Part shown: one piece after another, positions 45,009 through 58,172 of the stretch | How positions within the stretch are numbered: position 1 is the first letter of the stretch | Layout of the letters: the number at the start of each line of letters is the position of its first letter | NCBI RefSeq assembly: GCF_009914755.1 | Contig: NC_060936.1 | From: the human T2T-CHM13v2.0 reference genome, Homo sapiens | DNA: 64,000 nt | Strand: one strand, 5' to 3' | The notes under the pieces: generated by a model | The model's input: the letters and a program-made list of their open reading frames with translations, nothing else | What the model was told of the DNA's origin: nothing | Databases searched by the model: none | Translations under genes and position numbers: made by a program

Positions 45009-46051
45009 AGAGCCTTATCTACTTCAATGTTACATGGTCAAATAATGCTGAGTAAAGTAGATGGCCAGGCAATATTCAGTCGACACAGTATAATGTATTG
45101 AGCAAAGTAAAATGCTAGGTTTTTTGGAGATAAAAAGAAAAATAAAATGTAAATCTTGCCATCAAAAAGCTTATACCAAATTCTGGGAAATGAAAGTCAA
45201 AAGTCCAGCATTTACTCACAAGCAGGGCTACTAAGCTGAGTTTGTGTTACCAACTCAGAGCTTCTGCTAGAACAATAAGTAGGGCGCAACATCACATCTG
45301 CATGGTTAAAATTCTTACCAAAAAAAAAAAAAAGTGTTCTTCCTAGAAAAAAAGGGAGAACTTTATCCAAAGATAAATCATGGTTTTTAATCCTTAAAGC
45401 TACCAAAAGACCAGAAATCAATATTGGAGTCCCTCCTGAGCACCTCCTCACAACACAGGCTAAATAACTAATTTCTGCCTTCCCATTTTTAGTGATCATT
45501 CTTTTGTTTCAGGTCCTCTGAGGTTTTCAGACTTACATCAGCAAATTCTTCCTTCAAACAGCTGGGGAAGCTGGCTTCCTAAACCTCTTGCTGGCATCAT
45601 CATAGAGCATTATGAAGCATAAGAGATAGAAACAGACACGGGGGGCACCGGGATGCTTCTTTCTCTGTTGGCAGAACTCCAAGTGGCCAATGCCTGACCC
45701 AAAGCCAAGGAGACACAGAGGGGTGAGGCTGAGTAAGACAGGGTGCTGACAAGAAGAGTCAGAGACTCAAGATTCCCCAAGTGTCTTCTATGATACAATT
45801 GGTTCATATTCTGTCCCAGAACCTGCCACAACTTTCCCTCCTTCACCCTTGTTCGAGTTATCTGTACTGCCTAACTTCTACTGCCCACTGGCTGACTAAA
45901 ATTGTATGTGTTCTTCCTCTAAGGGTCAATGCAAATCCTACCTTTTCCAAAGAGTCCTTTCTGATCTTCCCTTCTGCAATAAAAATAGATGTGATTTCTT
46001 CCTTCTCTGGACTTTCTTATCTCACCATATTTATTATAATTACTGGATATT

Positions 46052-46235
46052 TTATTTTATGTTACTTTTTAAAATTTTTTTGTGGGTACATAGCAAGTGT
46101 ATATATTTATGGGGCATATGAGATGTTTTGATACAGACATGCAATGTGAAATAAGCACATCATGGAGAATGGGGTATCCGTCCCCTCAAGCATTTATCCT
46201 TTGAGTTACAAACAATCCAATTACACTCTTTAAGT
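46052..46235 (-). mobile_element. L1MA 3' tip
   Basis: atggagaatggggtatccgtcccctcaagcatttatcc; TSD-like taattactgg/taattgctgg. Confidence 0.8.
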
Positions 46236-46389
46236 AATTGCTGGTTGTTATGAATCATGCTGCTGGCTTATTCTGTTGCTCCAATTGCAGTACAACTGTC
46301 AACACTTGATTTTATTAACTCATCCATTCCTTTAGTAAATATTTACTGAATATGAGATCCACAGGAACCATATAGCGGTCTGTTTCTCT

Positions 46390-47685
46390 GCTGACTCAGA
46401 CTGCTCTTTTTATTCTCTTTTGCCAGCACAACTTTCCCACCATCCCTTAAGGATTGGTGTTTTCCAGAAGTTTGCGCTGAAGTTTCTTCCAGTATCTAAC
46501 ATCTGATATAGGTGCAATCACTTCCCTCTCTGGAGCCAATGGCAGATACTACTCATCATTCATGGAACTCCTTCCCACTCTGCCTGATGGTAGCCTTAAA
46601 TTCTTTCCCAACACAGCACCTGAGAAAGCTATCAATCATTTGGAGATGATAAGCGACATAAAATCTTTCTGTGATCCCTGTCCCTCTCTCCCTGGATGAT
46701 TTCATCTACTACGACTTTCAGTTTTAATAATACTTCTGTGAAGATGATTCTACCACCATCCTGACATTTCTCCTGAATTCTAGATACATGTTTTCCATAA
46801 CCTATAGACTTTTTCCGCTTACTTTCTCAAACTCAGCTTTGTCAAAAACCCTACTTACCATATACCCCATAAAACCTAGCCTTAGATATTACTATTTACA
46901 CAATCACTCAGCCTAGAGACTTCAGACTTATCTCCACTTTCTTTTCTCTCTTGCTGCCTATCTCCATATGCAGTTGATTGTAGGTTATATTAATTCCACT
47001 TCATAAATGCCTTTTAAATATACAGTTTCTTATCCTTTTCCACTTCCTTCGTTTAGACCTTCATGGATTGCCTACGTGGATTCTTGCAAGAGTCTGTCAT
47101 TCTCCATAAATGAATCACTCTCCTCTCCAAATTATCCTCTTCTTTGCCATCAGTTGTCTTCCTAAAGCATCCACCTGGCCATGGTAATGGTTTCTTTCAT
47201 TCCCTTTCATGGATCCCCAAAATTCTTAAGTGCCATCAAGAAGAAATACCAAATTCCTTTTTAGCGTGATATCCAGAGCCCTTCGCACTCTGGCCCCAAA
47301 CTACTTTTCCAAGTACACTTCTCATCACTTCTCCAATTCCCAGCTTTCTGCTTCAGCATACCATACAAGCTACTCCCTAAATACCTCATGAACTTTCATA
47401 CCTGTGTGTCTTTCCTCCTGCTGTATCACCTGCTCAGAATGTTTTTCCCCACTAACTGTTGGGGAAGTTCTCTTTCAACGCTTAGCTCTCCCCTTCTTCT
47501 TCCATCCCCTTTACCTCTCTCTACCTCCAGCCCAGTCTCCATTAATGGCCTATGTTGCTTTGTCATATGATGGTCTGTTGGGTCTACCCACCAGGCTGGT
47601 GACAGCTAGAGTAGTCTTGTTCATTTTTGGATCCATAATATGAATTGCAGAGTTCTAACACATAGTAAAGGATCAGTAAATGTTC
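46390..47685 (+). mobile_element. L2 3' portion
   Basis: Pyrimidine-rich L2 motifs ending acacatagtaaaggatcagtaaatg. Confidence 0.65.
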
Positions 47686-50600
47686 TTCGCATATGTCACA
47701 GAGAAGCACACCCTATATTCTAAGTCACTTTTCTCTTTGAAGAGTAGCTAGTTGGTAAAATACGATGATTATTTTAGCTTGTATTTGAGTCTCATTGTAT
47801 TTGAGTTTGTATTGAGCTTGTATTTGAGTCTCATCACTGGATGAGTCTTTAACTGGAAATTGTTGAGTTGCCCATACTTTTCTCAAACCTCCAGTGAAAT
47901 TTTCTTGGAAAGTTATGCACAGGTGAGGCAATGAATCCAGACTTTGTAAAACAAAATTGTCCCATTATTTTCTTCTTGTAGAAATAAAAACAAAACCATC
48001 AAAGCTTGATTGACGTAAATGGGAAAAACCCTTTTGTTTTGTGTAATCTGGTGTTTTCATTAAGTAATTTGCTGAAGAGGAAAAGAGTCTTTGCAGGGGT
48101 TCCAGAAGCATTCTGCCCAAGAAAGTCTGACTAATTTGAATAGTAGAGTTAGTCTCCAACCTTACCCATAAAAGCCATCCCTAGAAAAAAAGACTTCACA
48201 CTCACAAGCTGCTTCTACTTCTGGAGACAAATCCCATTTCATGCCGTCTACCCAACCCTGGAAGAAAATCATGACACTGTCAGAATGAAATGTATTTTAA
48301 AGAGGGAAACCTTTGTTATGGTAGTGGTTGAGCATAATAATATGATAAAAATTTCCTTGGTCTATGTAATGACACAACTTTTTACTATCAAATATAAAAA
48401 TTTTGGAAGGTGTAGCAGAGGCTTAATGCATACTGGACTTTAAAATTAAAGCTAAAGTAGCTTTGTTGGCGGCAGTTCTCCTCTAAACCAACCTAGTAAT
48501 ATTTACTTGCATTATAAGACTGTATTTAATAAGGCAAATGGGTTTGATGAATTATAATACATTGTAGTTTATGAGAGAATAAAGGTCTCCAGTACAGATA
48601 TTGCTGTCAGCAGTTCTCACTGGAATTCCTTCATGGATTGTGGAGGTTGATTTAAATTATGCAATTCAAAATTTAAGTAGAAGCATTAAGAAATGGATCA
48701 AGACAGAGAAAGGTGGAAAAAAATCCCACAAAGCTAAGATACCAGTAAATGAATCTTTCTTACAAAGAAAAAAAATGCCAGCTTACAAATGAGCACTCTC
48801 TTTAGTTAGCAGGCTAAATCAGTGTGCAGGCCTAAATAAAGGGAACAATGGACACCTTCTGACACCAGGCTGTGTGTCTGGTGAGCATCCCTCAGTGCAA
48901 ATGTTAGTACTGTGTGAGTATTTATTGTGTTTCTATAAAGTCCTAATGAGCTCCTTGGGTGAGAGTGAAACCCTTTGCTTTTTCACACTGTGCTCAAGAC
49001 CCCTAAACTTCATGGGGTCAAATCTAAAGAAAGGGTAATGGACCATGAGGTCCAGCTTAATAGACCTGATATTAACACAGCAGCAAGAATGTCACCAAAT
49101 GCAAAGTTTAGGGCAAGCAATGAATGAAGTATTTGTTACACTTAAATAATATACAAAGGTTATAACAGAGTAGTGGCACTATATCAATGTCATCATTGCA
49201 GGACTTTGAAAATCTCCCATGTATGAAATAACCCTGTAACACATCTTTTGGTTACAATAAATGAATTTGCTTTCCAACAGCAAATAATAAATTACAATAG
49301 AAAGTTATGCAACTGTTTGACTATCTGTAAATCTATAGTTAGTTTTAGATATTGAAAATCTCTTGCCCATATAAATAATTAGGATACCATTAGTATCTAA
49401 TACTCATATAAGAGAAATGCATTGTATTCTTCATATTGGTTATACAGTTTATATACTTAAATGAACATTTTCTCAAAATGAAACAGAGATTTTTCTTTTA
49501 TTGGATAAGGTAGATATTCTTGCTTTGAAATAAGTAAAACATCACCACACTGAAGATGAGATCATAAGGCAGAACCACTTGTGTAAATATAGGACCCTTT
49601 CACCAGACTCCCTCATCCATGGAGTTGTTGGCTCATCACAATAACCCTTGTCTTTTATTACAGTGGAACTTCAGTTCATATGATGCAATGAAAGCTGCAG
49701 ACCTGAGATCTGAAAAATCTGCACTCCATGGTTTGATTTGTAAATTAACATTAACGACATCATCACTCACTCTCTCATGGGTAAGAATGGGAAGACCTAG
49801 GGGTATGAACCAGTAAAAATATTGTATGCTGCTTCACTTTTCATGTTTTTATTTTCTTGCTGGGTTAATGAAATACCTTTCTTTGGAACTGACTGAAATA
49901 GGTTATAAATTATTTGAGGACAGGACTGTGTCTCTACTTCTGCTGTTTTACGTTCCTATTCCCCAACACCAAAGACACAGCCACAGTATTCTCTACATAC
50001 TCCACACCTGAGGGATATGTTTAGGAAATGTTAGTCATAACTTCCCAACTCCCCTCTTTTTCTATGACTTGATTGTCACAAAAGTGAAAAATTGGCATTT
50101 ACTCATAAATTTCAGGCAGGACATTGTCAAATTGTTCAGCTAATATATATTCTTACGAACTTTCAATAGATTACTAACTGCTAACTTCCCATTTCACTTT
50201 GCATTATTGATTTGATTTCCAGCAGTCTGCCCCATCCACAAATTTTTGGAGGTTAGTGGAATGTCACTTTCATATTTGTAAAATTAGACTAGGTTCAATT
50301 AGTTGAAAAACCTCACAGGTTTCAGATAACTACTTTCAAAATTCAAATACATAAAGCAAGGATATTTACAAACCAAAAACTACACCAAAGCTCTTAAGTG
50401 CTGTGGTTAACTGCCGTCATTTCTCTTTGACTAATAAAGATGGAGGGAAAATGACATTATTTTACTTGTTGTCATTTTCAAAGAAATACAGAGAAATTTA
50501 GAAATGGAAGCCAATTAATTTTTAATAATGAAGAGAAACCAAAAGCAAGTTATCTGTTGATGGGGTTGACCCTAAAGAAAGGGCCCTAGGACCTAGCCCA

Positions 50601-50720
50601 ATGTGTGCAATACAGGAACATAGAAACTCTTAGCTACCTAAAAATATCATCTCCACCAGCCTGCCAGAATGTCTAGAACTTCTGTAATTGGAGTCATGGC
50701 TGTGCATTAAGACAGTTTTT

Positions 50721-51346
<626 letters not shown>

Positions 51347-51534
51347 TTAAGGAATTTAGATTTATACTTCCTGGCTTAAACATACAGAGGGGCAGTTTTT
51401 ATTCTAAAAGAAGTGTGTGATTCATTTCTTCTCATATACTTTTAGAAGTGAGACCCACACAGATGTTAGAAAAGAGGTACTCCCACTTCCAGCTAAGATG
51501 GAGTAATAGGGACCAGATTTATCCTCCCATCAGG

Positions 51535-51556
51535 CACACACACATACACACATACA

Positions 51557-51594
<38 letters not shown>
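51535..51594. repeat. (CA)n microsatellite
   Basis: Directly visible. Confidence 0.95.
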
Positions 51595-51597
<3 letters not shown>

Positions 51598-51657
51598 GAA
51601 ACAATGATTTTCAAGACATTTAACTTTAGGAAATGAAGGACAGTGATGACTGAAATG

Positions 51658-53200
51658 ATTTTTAACAGAGTTTATTTTTAGAGCAGTTTTAGGTTCACAG
51701 CAAAATTGAAAGTACAGAGTTCCATACACCCTCTACTTTTCCCCACGTCGCCCCTGACAGACACACACTGTCAACATCCTAAACCAGAGTGGTACATTTA
51801 TTACAAGCAATGAACCTACACTGACACATCATTATAAATCAGAGTCCATAGTTCACATTAGAGTTCACTCTTGGTGTTTTATATTCTAAGAGTTTTGACA
51901 AATGTATTAATGACATGTATCCACTATAATAGTATCACAGAGAATAGTTTCACTGCCCTAAAAATCATCCCTTTTCCCAGCCCCTGGCAACCACTCATCT
52001 TTTTACTTGTCTTTATGATTTTGCCTTTTCCAGAATGTTATATAGTTGGAATCATACAGCATGTAGCCTTTTCAGATTGGCTTCTTCACTTAATAGTACG
52101 TATTTTAGGTTCCTCCATGTCTTTTCATGGCTTGATAACTCGTTTCCTCTTAGTGCTGAATAACAGTCCATTGTCTAAATGTACTACGGTTTATTTACTT
52201 ATTCACCTACTGAAGGACATACTTCCAAGTTTTGGCAATTATGAATAAAGCTGCTATAAACATTTGGGTGCAGGTTTTTGTGTGGGCTTAACTTTTTGAT
52301 TCATTTGAGTGAATAACAAGGAATGCAATTGCTGGATCATATGGTAACAGCATGTTTAGTTTTGTAAGAAACTACCAAACTGTTTCTTCAGTCGTGGTTG
52401 TACCATTTTGCATTTCCATCAGCAATTAATGAGAGTTCCTGATGTTCCACATCCTCGTAAGAATTAGATGTTGTCAGTGTGTTGGACTTTTGCTATTCTA
52501 ATAGATAAAAGTAGAATCTTGTTGTTCAAATTTGCAGTTCCCTAATGACATATGATGTTGAGTATCGTTTCATATCCTTATTTGCCATCTGTGTATCTTC
52601 TTTTCTGAGGCGTCTGTTCAGATTTTTTTTTTTAAGACAGAGTCTTACTCTGTCGCCCAGGCTGGAGCACAGTGGTGTAATCTCAGCTCGCTGTAACCTC
52701 TGCCCCCCAAGTTAAAGCAATTCTCCTGCCTCAGCCGTCTGAGTAGCTGTGGCTACAGGCACGCACCACCATGCACGGCTAATTTTAGTAGAGACGAGGT
52801 TTCACCATGTTTGCCAGGCTGGTCTCAAACTCCTGACCTCAAGTGATTCACCCGCCTGGGCCTCCCAAAGTGCTACAATTATGGGTGTGAGCTACCGTGC
52901 CTAGCCTGTTCAGATCTTTTGCCCATTTCTTCATTAGTTTGTTCATTTCTCATTGCATTCTAAAAGTTATCTGTATATCGTGAATGTATTCTCTTGAATT
53001 CTTTATCTGGTATATCCTTTGCAAATGTTTTCTCCTAGTCTGTGGTTTAACCTCTCATTCTGTTGACAGTATTTTTCACAGAACAAAAATTTAATTTTAA
53101 TGAAGTCCAGTTTATCAATTATTTCTTTCCTGGAGCTAAAAAGTCATCATGTTGCCCAGGAGCATCTAGATTTTCTCCTGTGTTATCTTCTAGGAGTTTT
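51658..53200 (-). mobile_element. L1MC/MD-like 3' region, interrupted by an Alu
   Basis: gagcagttttaggttcacagcaaaattga...atgaacctacactgacacatcatt. Confidence 0.8.
52624..52906 (-). mobile_element. AluS
   Basis: Reverse dimer; TSD tgttcagat. Confidence 0.9.
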
Positions 53201-53201
53201 T

Positions 53202-54710
53202 GGTTTTGTTTTGTTTTTAATATCAACTTTTATTTTAGATACAGGGGGGTCCATGTGCAGGTTTGTTACATGGGAATATTGCATGATGCTGAGGTTTGCA
53301 GTATGGATCCCATCACCCAGGTAGTGAGCATAGTATCCAATAAGTAGTTTTTAACCCAGCCCTCTCTCCTTCCCTCCACACTCTAACAGTCCACAGTGTC
53401 TATTGTTCTCAAATTTATGTCCATGTATGCTCAGTGTTTATCTCCTATTTATAAGTAAGAACATGTAGTAGCAGGTTTTCTGTTTCTGCATAAATTTGCT
53501 TAGGATTATGGCTTCCAGCTCCATCCATGTTGCTGCAAAGGACATGATTTCACTTTTTATGAATGCATAGTATTCCATTGTATACATGTACCACATTTTC
53601 TTTATCCAATCTACCATTGATGGGCACCTGGGTTGATTCCAAGTCTTTGCTATTGTGAATAGCACAGCAATGAACATATGAGTACATGTATCTTTTGGGT
53701 AGAATAATGTATCTTCCTTTGGATAGTTACCCAGAAATGGGATTGCTGAGTCAAATGGTAGCTCTGTTTTAAGTTCTTTGAGAAATCTCCAGACTGCTTT
53801 CCACAGTGGCTGGACCAATTTACATTCCCACCAGCAGTGTATACGTGTTCCCTTTTCTCTGCAGCCTCTCCAGCATCTGCTGTTTTTTGACTTTTTAGTA
53901 ATAGCCATTCTGGGTGGTGTGAGATTGTATCTCACTGTGGTTTTGATTTGCATCTTTCTGATGATTAGTGATGCTAAGCATTTTTTCATGTGTCTGTTGG
54001 CCACTTGTATGTTTCCTTTTGAGAGGTGTCTCTTCATGCCCTTCACCCGTTTTTTAATGGGGTTATTTGGGGTATTTTTACTTGTTGATTTGTTTAAGTT
54101 CCCTATAAATTCTGGATATTAGGCCTTTGTCAGATGCATGGTTTACAAATATCTTCTTCCATGCTCCAGGTTATCTGTTTGCTCTGCTGATAGTATCTTT
54201 TGCTGTGCAGAAGCACTTTAGTTTAATTAGATCCCACTTGTCTATTTTTGGTTTTGTTGCCATTGCTTTTGGGGACTTAGCCAAAAATTCTTTGCCAAGG
54301 CCAATGTCGAGAAGAGTATTTCCTAGGTTGTCTTCCAGGCTTTTTATAGTTTGAGGTTTTATATTACATTATATAAGTATTATAGCTAATTTTTGTATGT
54401 GGTGAATGGTAGGGGTCCAGCTTCAATCTACTGCATATGGCGAACCAGTTATCTCAGCACCATTTATTGAATAGGTAGTCCTTTCCCCATTGTTTTGCTG
54501 ACCTTCTCAAAGATCAGATGGCTGTAAGTGTGTGGCTTTATTTCCAAGTTTTCTATTCTGTTTCATTGGTCAATGTGTCTGTTTCTGTACTAGCACCAAG
54601 CTGTTTTGTTTACTGTGGCTTTATAGTATAGTTGAAAGTCAGGTAGTGTGATGTCTCTGGCTTTGTTAAATTTGCTTAGCATTGCTTTGGCTATTTGGGC
54701 TGTTTTTTGG
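53202..54710 (-). mobile_element. Older L1PA (PA13-16-like), 5'-truncated
   Basis: ORF 53438-54046 is the L1 ORF2 C-terminus; 3'UTR gatcccatcacccaggtagtgagcatagta. Confidence 0.88.
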
Positions 54711-55064
54711 CACCTCTACCCTAGTTCAAGCCACCATCATCTCTTGTCTGGATTATTATAATAGACTACTGACTCCTTTCATTTCCAGTTTTGTCTTTCT
54801 GTAGCAACCTAAGTGATTTTCTTTAAAATATACTTATTGTCACTTCCCAGCTCTCAATTCTCCAAAGGCTTCCCATCACACTGGAACTAAATCTGGATTT
54901 CTTATAATGGCACACCTAGATCACCTGGCACTGCCTGCCTCTTGGACTTGTGGCCTCCTGCTCATCTGGTTTGTTTCATACCATCTTTTGCTCATCTAAC
55001 TCTGGCTGAAATTGGCCATTTTGCTGATCCCCAAAGATGCCATGCTTGTTTTTACATCAGGGCC

Positions 55065-55449
55065 TGCTAGGGACTGAATTTTGTACCCACCTGCCCCCAA
55101 CTCAAGTTTATATGTTAAAATATTAACCTCCAATGCAATATTATTTGGAGATGGGGCCCTTGGAAGGTCTTAGAGTTACATGAGATCATGAGGGTGGAGC
55201 CCTCGTGATGAGGCTAGAGCCCTTATGAGAAGAAACACCTGAGAGCTTGCTTGCTCACACTCTCTCTGCCATGCAAGGACAAAGCAAGATGGCCATCTGC
55301 AAGCAAGGAAGACGGCCATCCCTGAAGCCCAGCCATGCTGGCACCCTGATCACAGACTTCTAGCCTCCAGAACTGTGAGAAAGTAACTTTCTGTTGTGGA
55401 AGCACCCAGTGTATGGTGTTTTGTTACAGCTGCTCAAGTGGACTGATGA
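55065..55449 (+). mobile_element. MLT1A-like LTR inside L2
   Basis: catgctggcaccctgatc..gacttctagcctccagaactgtgaga; TSD-like ggcc on both sides. Confidence 0.8.
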
Positions 55450-55514
55450 GGCCTTTGTGCTTGCTCTTTCCTCAATCCAGAACATTCTTTCCTCAGATCT
55501 TTGCAGGTGCTAGA

Positions 55515-56750
55515 CTTGCTCCTCGCCTTTGCAGGGCCCAGGGCAAAAGTGAAAAAAAAGGCTCCTTATTTTATGTTTGAAATGATAAGGCAAGATAACA
55601 AACTGCCAAATAAAGTGTACTCTATTCTCTTTCCTTGACAAATGTTCATGATGACAATTTTTTAAGGGTAAAGCTATGGCTATTATATAATATAGTAGGC
55701 CAAACATCAATGTTCATTAATTTTAATAATTCTTGTGCATCTCTAGGTGTTCTATTGATGGAACAGCAATGTTTAGAGACTTAATAAGATAAAGACCTAC
55801 ATAATTCAGAAATTATTATATGTTTTATCCATTAAACTTCTTTCTTCCTTTCATTTCAGCAAAATCACTATGTTTTGTAATCAAAATTTTCACAACAATC
55901 CATGTTTTGTTGACCATACTGATCTAAAGGATGAAATATAATGTAATTATATTCAAAATGCACAAAATTAGAATAAATTTTAATGAAAAAGGCAAATTAA
56001 ATGTAAAAACATTGAAATTATTCTTCAGGCTTTCAAAGAAGTTATTTTTTAAATGTTAAATTATTTATTAAAACTAGAAAGTACATTATCAATGATAACA
56101 AATGAACATCAAAATCTTAATAAAATTATTTAAATAAAGGTAAAATTTTATTTCATTTTTTGAAAATTCACTTAAAATGTACTAAATATTTTTATACATA
56201 TAAACTACATACAATTGTAATATTCAATGTCCATTTAATGTAGAAAATGGAATTAATTATAATTAATTTAATTTGGAATTAAGTGAAACTAATAATTTCT
56301 TCAAAACCACAAACCAGAATACAAGGGAAAGACAGGAAGGAAATGGACATGTACTTAGCACTACTGGGAACTAATTTGTCATTTTGCAAGGATCTATTCC
56401 TTTCTAAGAGGAAGGAGTTAACAATTACAGTAATTTTTTTTTTTAATTTTAGCACCTCAGCACAACTCACTTGTCCTTATGGCATTAGGACATTATTGCC
56501 TCTTGTTATGAAGTCACAGAACAAGAGATTTTTGACAGGAGTTTCCCTGGGGCCTGAGGAGTTTTATTCACAAGCAGAGATGTTTAAGGTCATGAACTGT
56601 GCTATGCAAGCACCTATGCCTGACCCTGGGTAACAGAAGTGCCATGTATTCTTTAATAAATGTCTTTGTGTGTGTTTGTGATAGGTGGGGACCTCTAGTG
56701 TGCTGAGCCCAGGGACGCTGCCCTCTTGCCTGAGTCTGAGTGTGGTATTA
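55515..56750. mobile_element. hAT-Tip100-type element (MER115/Zaphod-like) inside L2
   Basis: GC-rich ends (gggcccagggcaaaag; gcccaggg..ccctcttgcc..gtggtatt) around an AT-rich core; L2 resumes at about 56752. Confidence 0.45.
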
Positions 56751-57395
56751 CAAAGCTCACTCCTTTCATTCTTTCAGGTCTTGGCTCAAATGTCACCTTA
56801 CAAGATACTGCCACCCACCCCCCGTGCGCGCACACACACACACATGCACAAAGACACACACGTATGCAGGTATGCACATACAAATGCTTATCTATACAGA
56901 CATGTGCCCTATGACTGTCTAGTCCCTCTTCCTATTTAATTTTCTTCAGAGCACTGATTCCTACCTGATATATGTCAATATATTAATTTTTTTTTTTGGC
57001 TATCTCCCCAACTAGAATACAAGCTCTATAAATAAACAGTCTGTAAATTTATCCTTCCACTCCAGCTCATTCCAGGCATTGTGTACATGTGTTTAGGGAG
57101 GTGGAAATGGGAGCATCAGCAAGAAGGTAATGCAAGGAATCCAGGAAAATGACGCAATTTGCCATTGCCCAGGGATAGTTCTGACAAACACCAAAAAATA
57201 CTGTTTTCCAGATTTGTATGTTTATCCTTGAAACAAAAGGAATCTTCTCATAAGATTTGGTTTGGAAGCTAAGAAATTAAGACTATATTTGCAGACAGTT
57301 CTCTTCAGTTTTCTGTAATGAGGACTTGATGGGTCTCTCAGAAGGCTTCCTCACCCTCTGTGGTCCACCTTCACTTGTTTTCTCGAATGAGGTCA

Positions 57396-57807
57396 TGTGA
57401 TGGCTAATACTGAGTGTCAATTTGATTGGATTGAAGGAAGCAAAGTATTGTTCCTGGGTGTGTCTGCGAGGGTGTTGCCAAAGGAAATTAACATTTAAGT
57501 CTGTGGGCTGGGAAAGGAGGGCCCACTCTTAATCTGGGTGGGCACAATCTAATCAGCTTCTAGTGAGGCCAGAATAAAAATCAGGCAGAAGAACACGAAA
57601 AGACCGGACTGGCTTAGTCTCCTAGCCTACATCTTTCTCCCATGCTGGATGCTTCCTGCCATCGAACATCGGACTCCAAGTTTTTCAGCTTTGGGGTTCA
57701 GACTGGCTTCCTTACTCCTGAGCTTGCACACCTTGTGGGACCTTGTGATCGTGTGAGTTAATACTCCTTAATAAACTCCCCTTTGTTTTGTCCCTCTAGA
57801 GAACTCC
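57396..57807 (+). mobile_element. MLT2A1-like (HERV-L) solo LTR
   Basis: tgtgatggctaatactgagtgtcaa.ttgattggattgaagga...tgtccctctagagaac. Confidence 0.9.
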
Positions 57808-57900
57808 GTCATCACCACGTTACCAAAATGAGACTCTTAACCTTTACAAATATGTATACATGAGAGTATTACTTACTGAATATTAAAATGTCAAGTTATA

Positions 57901-58172
57901 TCACACTGTAATCCTAGCACTTTGGGAGGCCAAGGCAGGCAGATCACTTGAGCCCAGGAGTTCAAGACTGGCCTGGGCAACCTGACGAACTCCCATCTCT
58001 ACAAAAAATACTATTAGCCAGGTGTGGTGGCACACACCTGTAGTCCCAGCTACTTGGGAGGCTGAGTGGGGAGGATTAACTGAGCCTGGAGAGGTTGAGG
58101 CTGCAGTGATCCATGACTGTGCCACTGTACTTCAGCATGGGGGACAGGGTGAGACTGTCTCAAAAAAAAAAG
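57901..58172 (+). mobile_element. AluJ
   Basis: Dimer; TSD aagttata. Confidence 0.88.
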
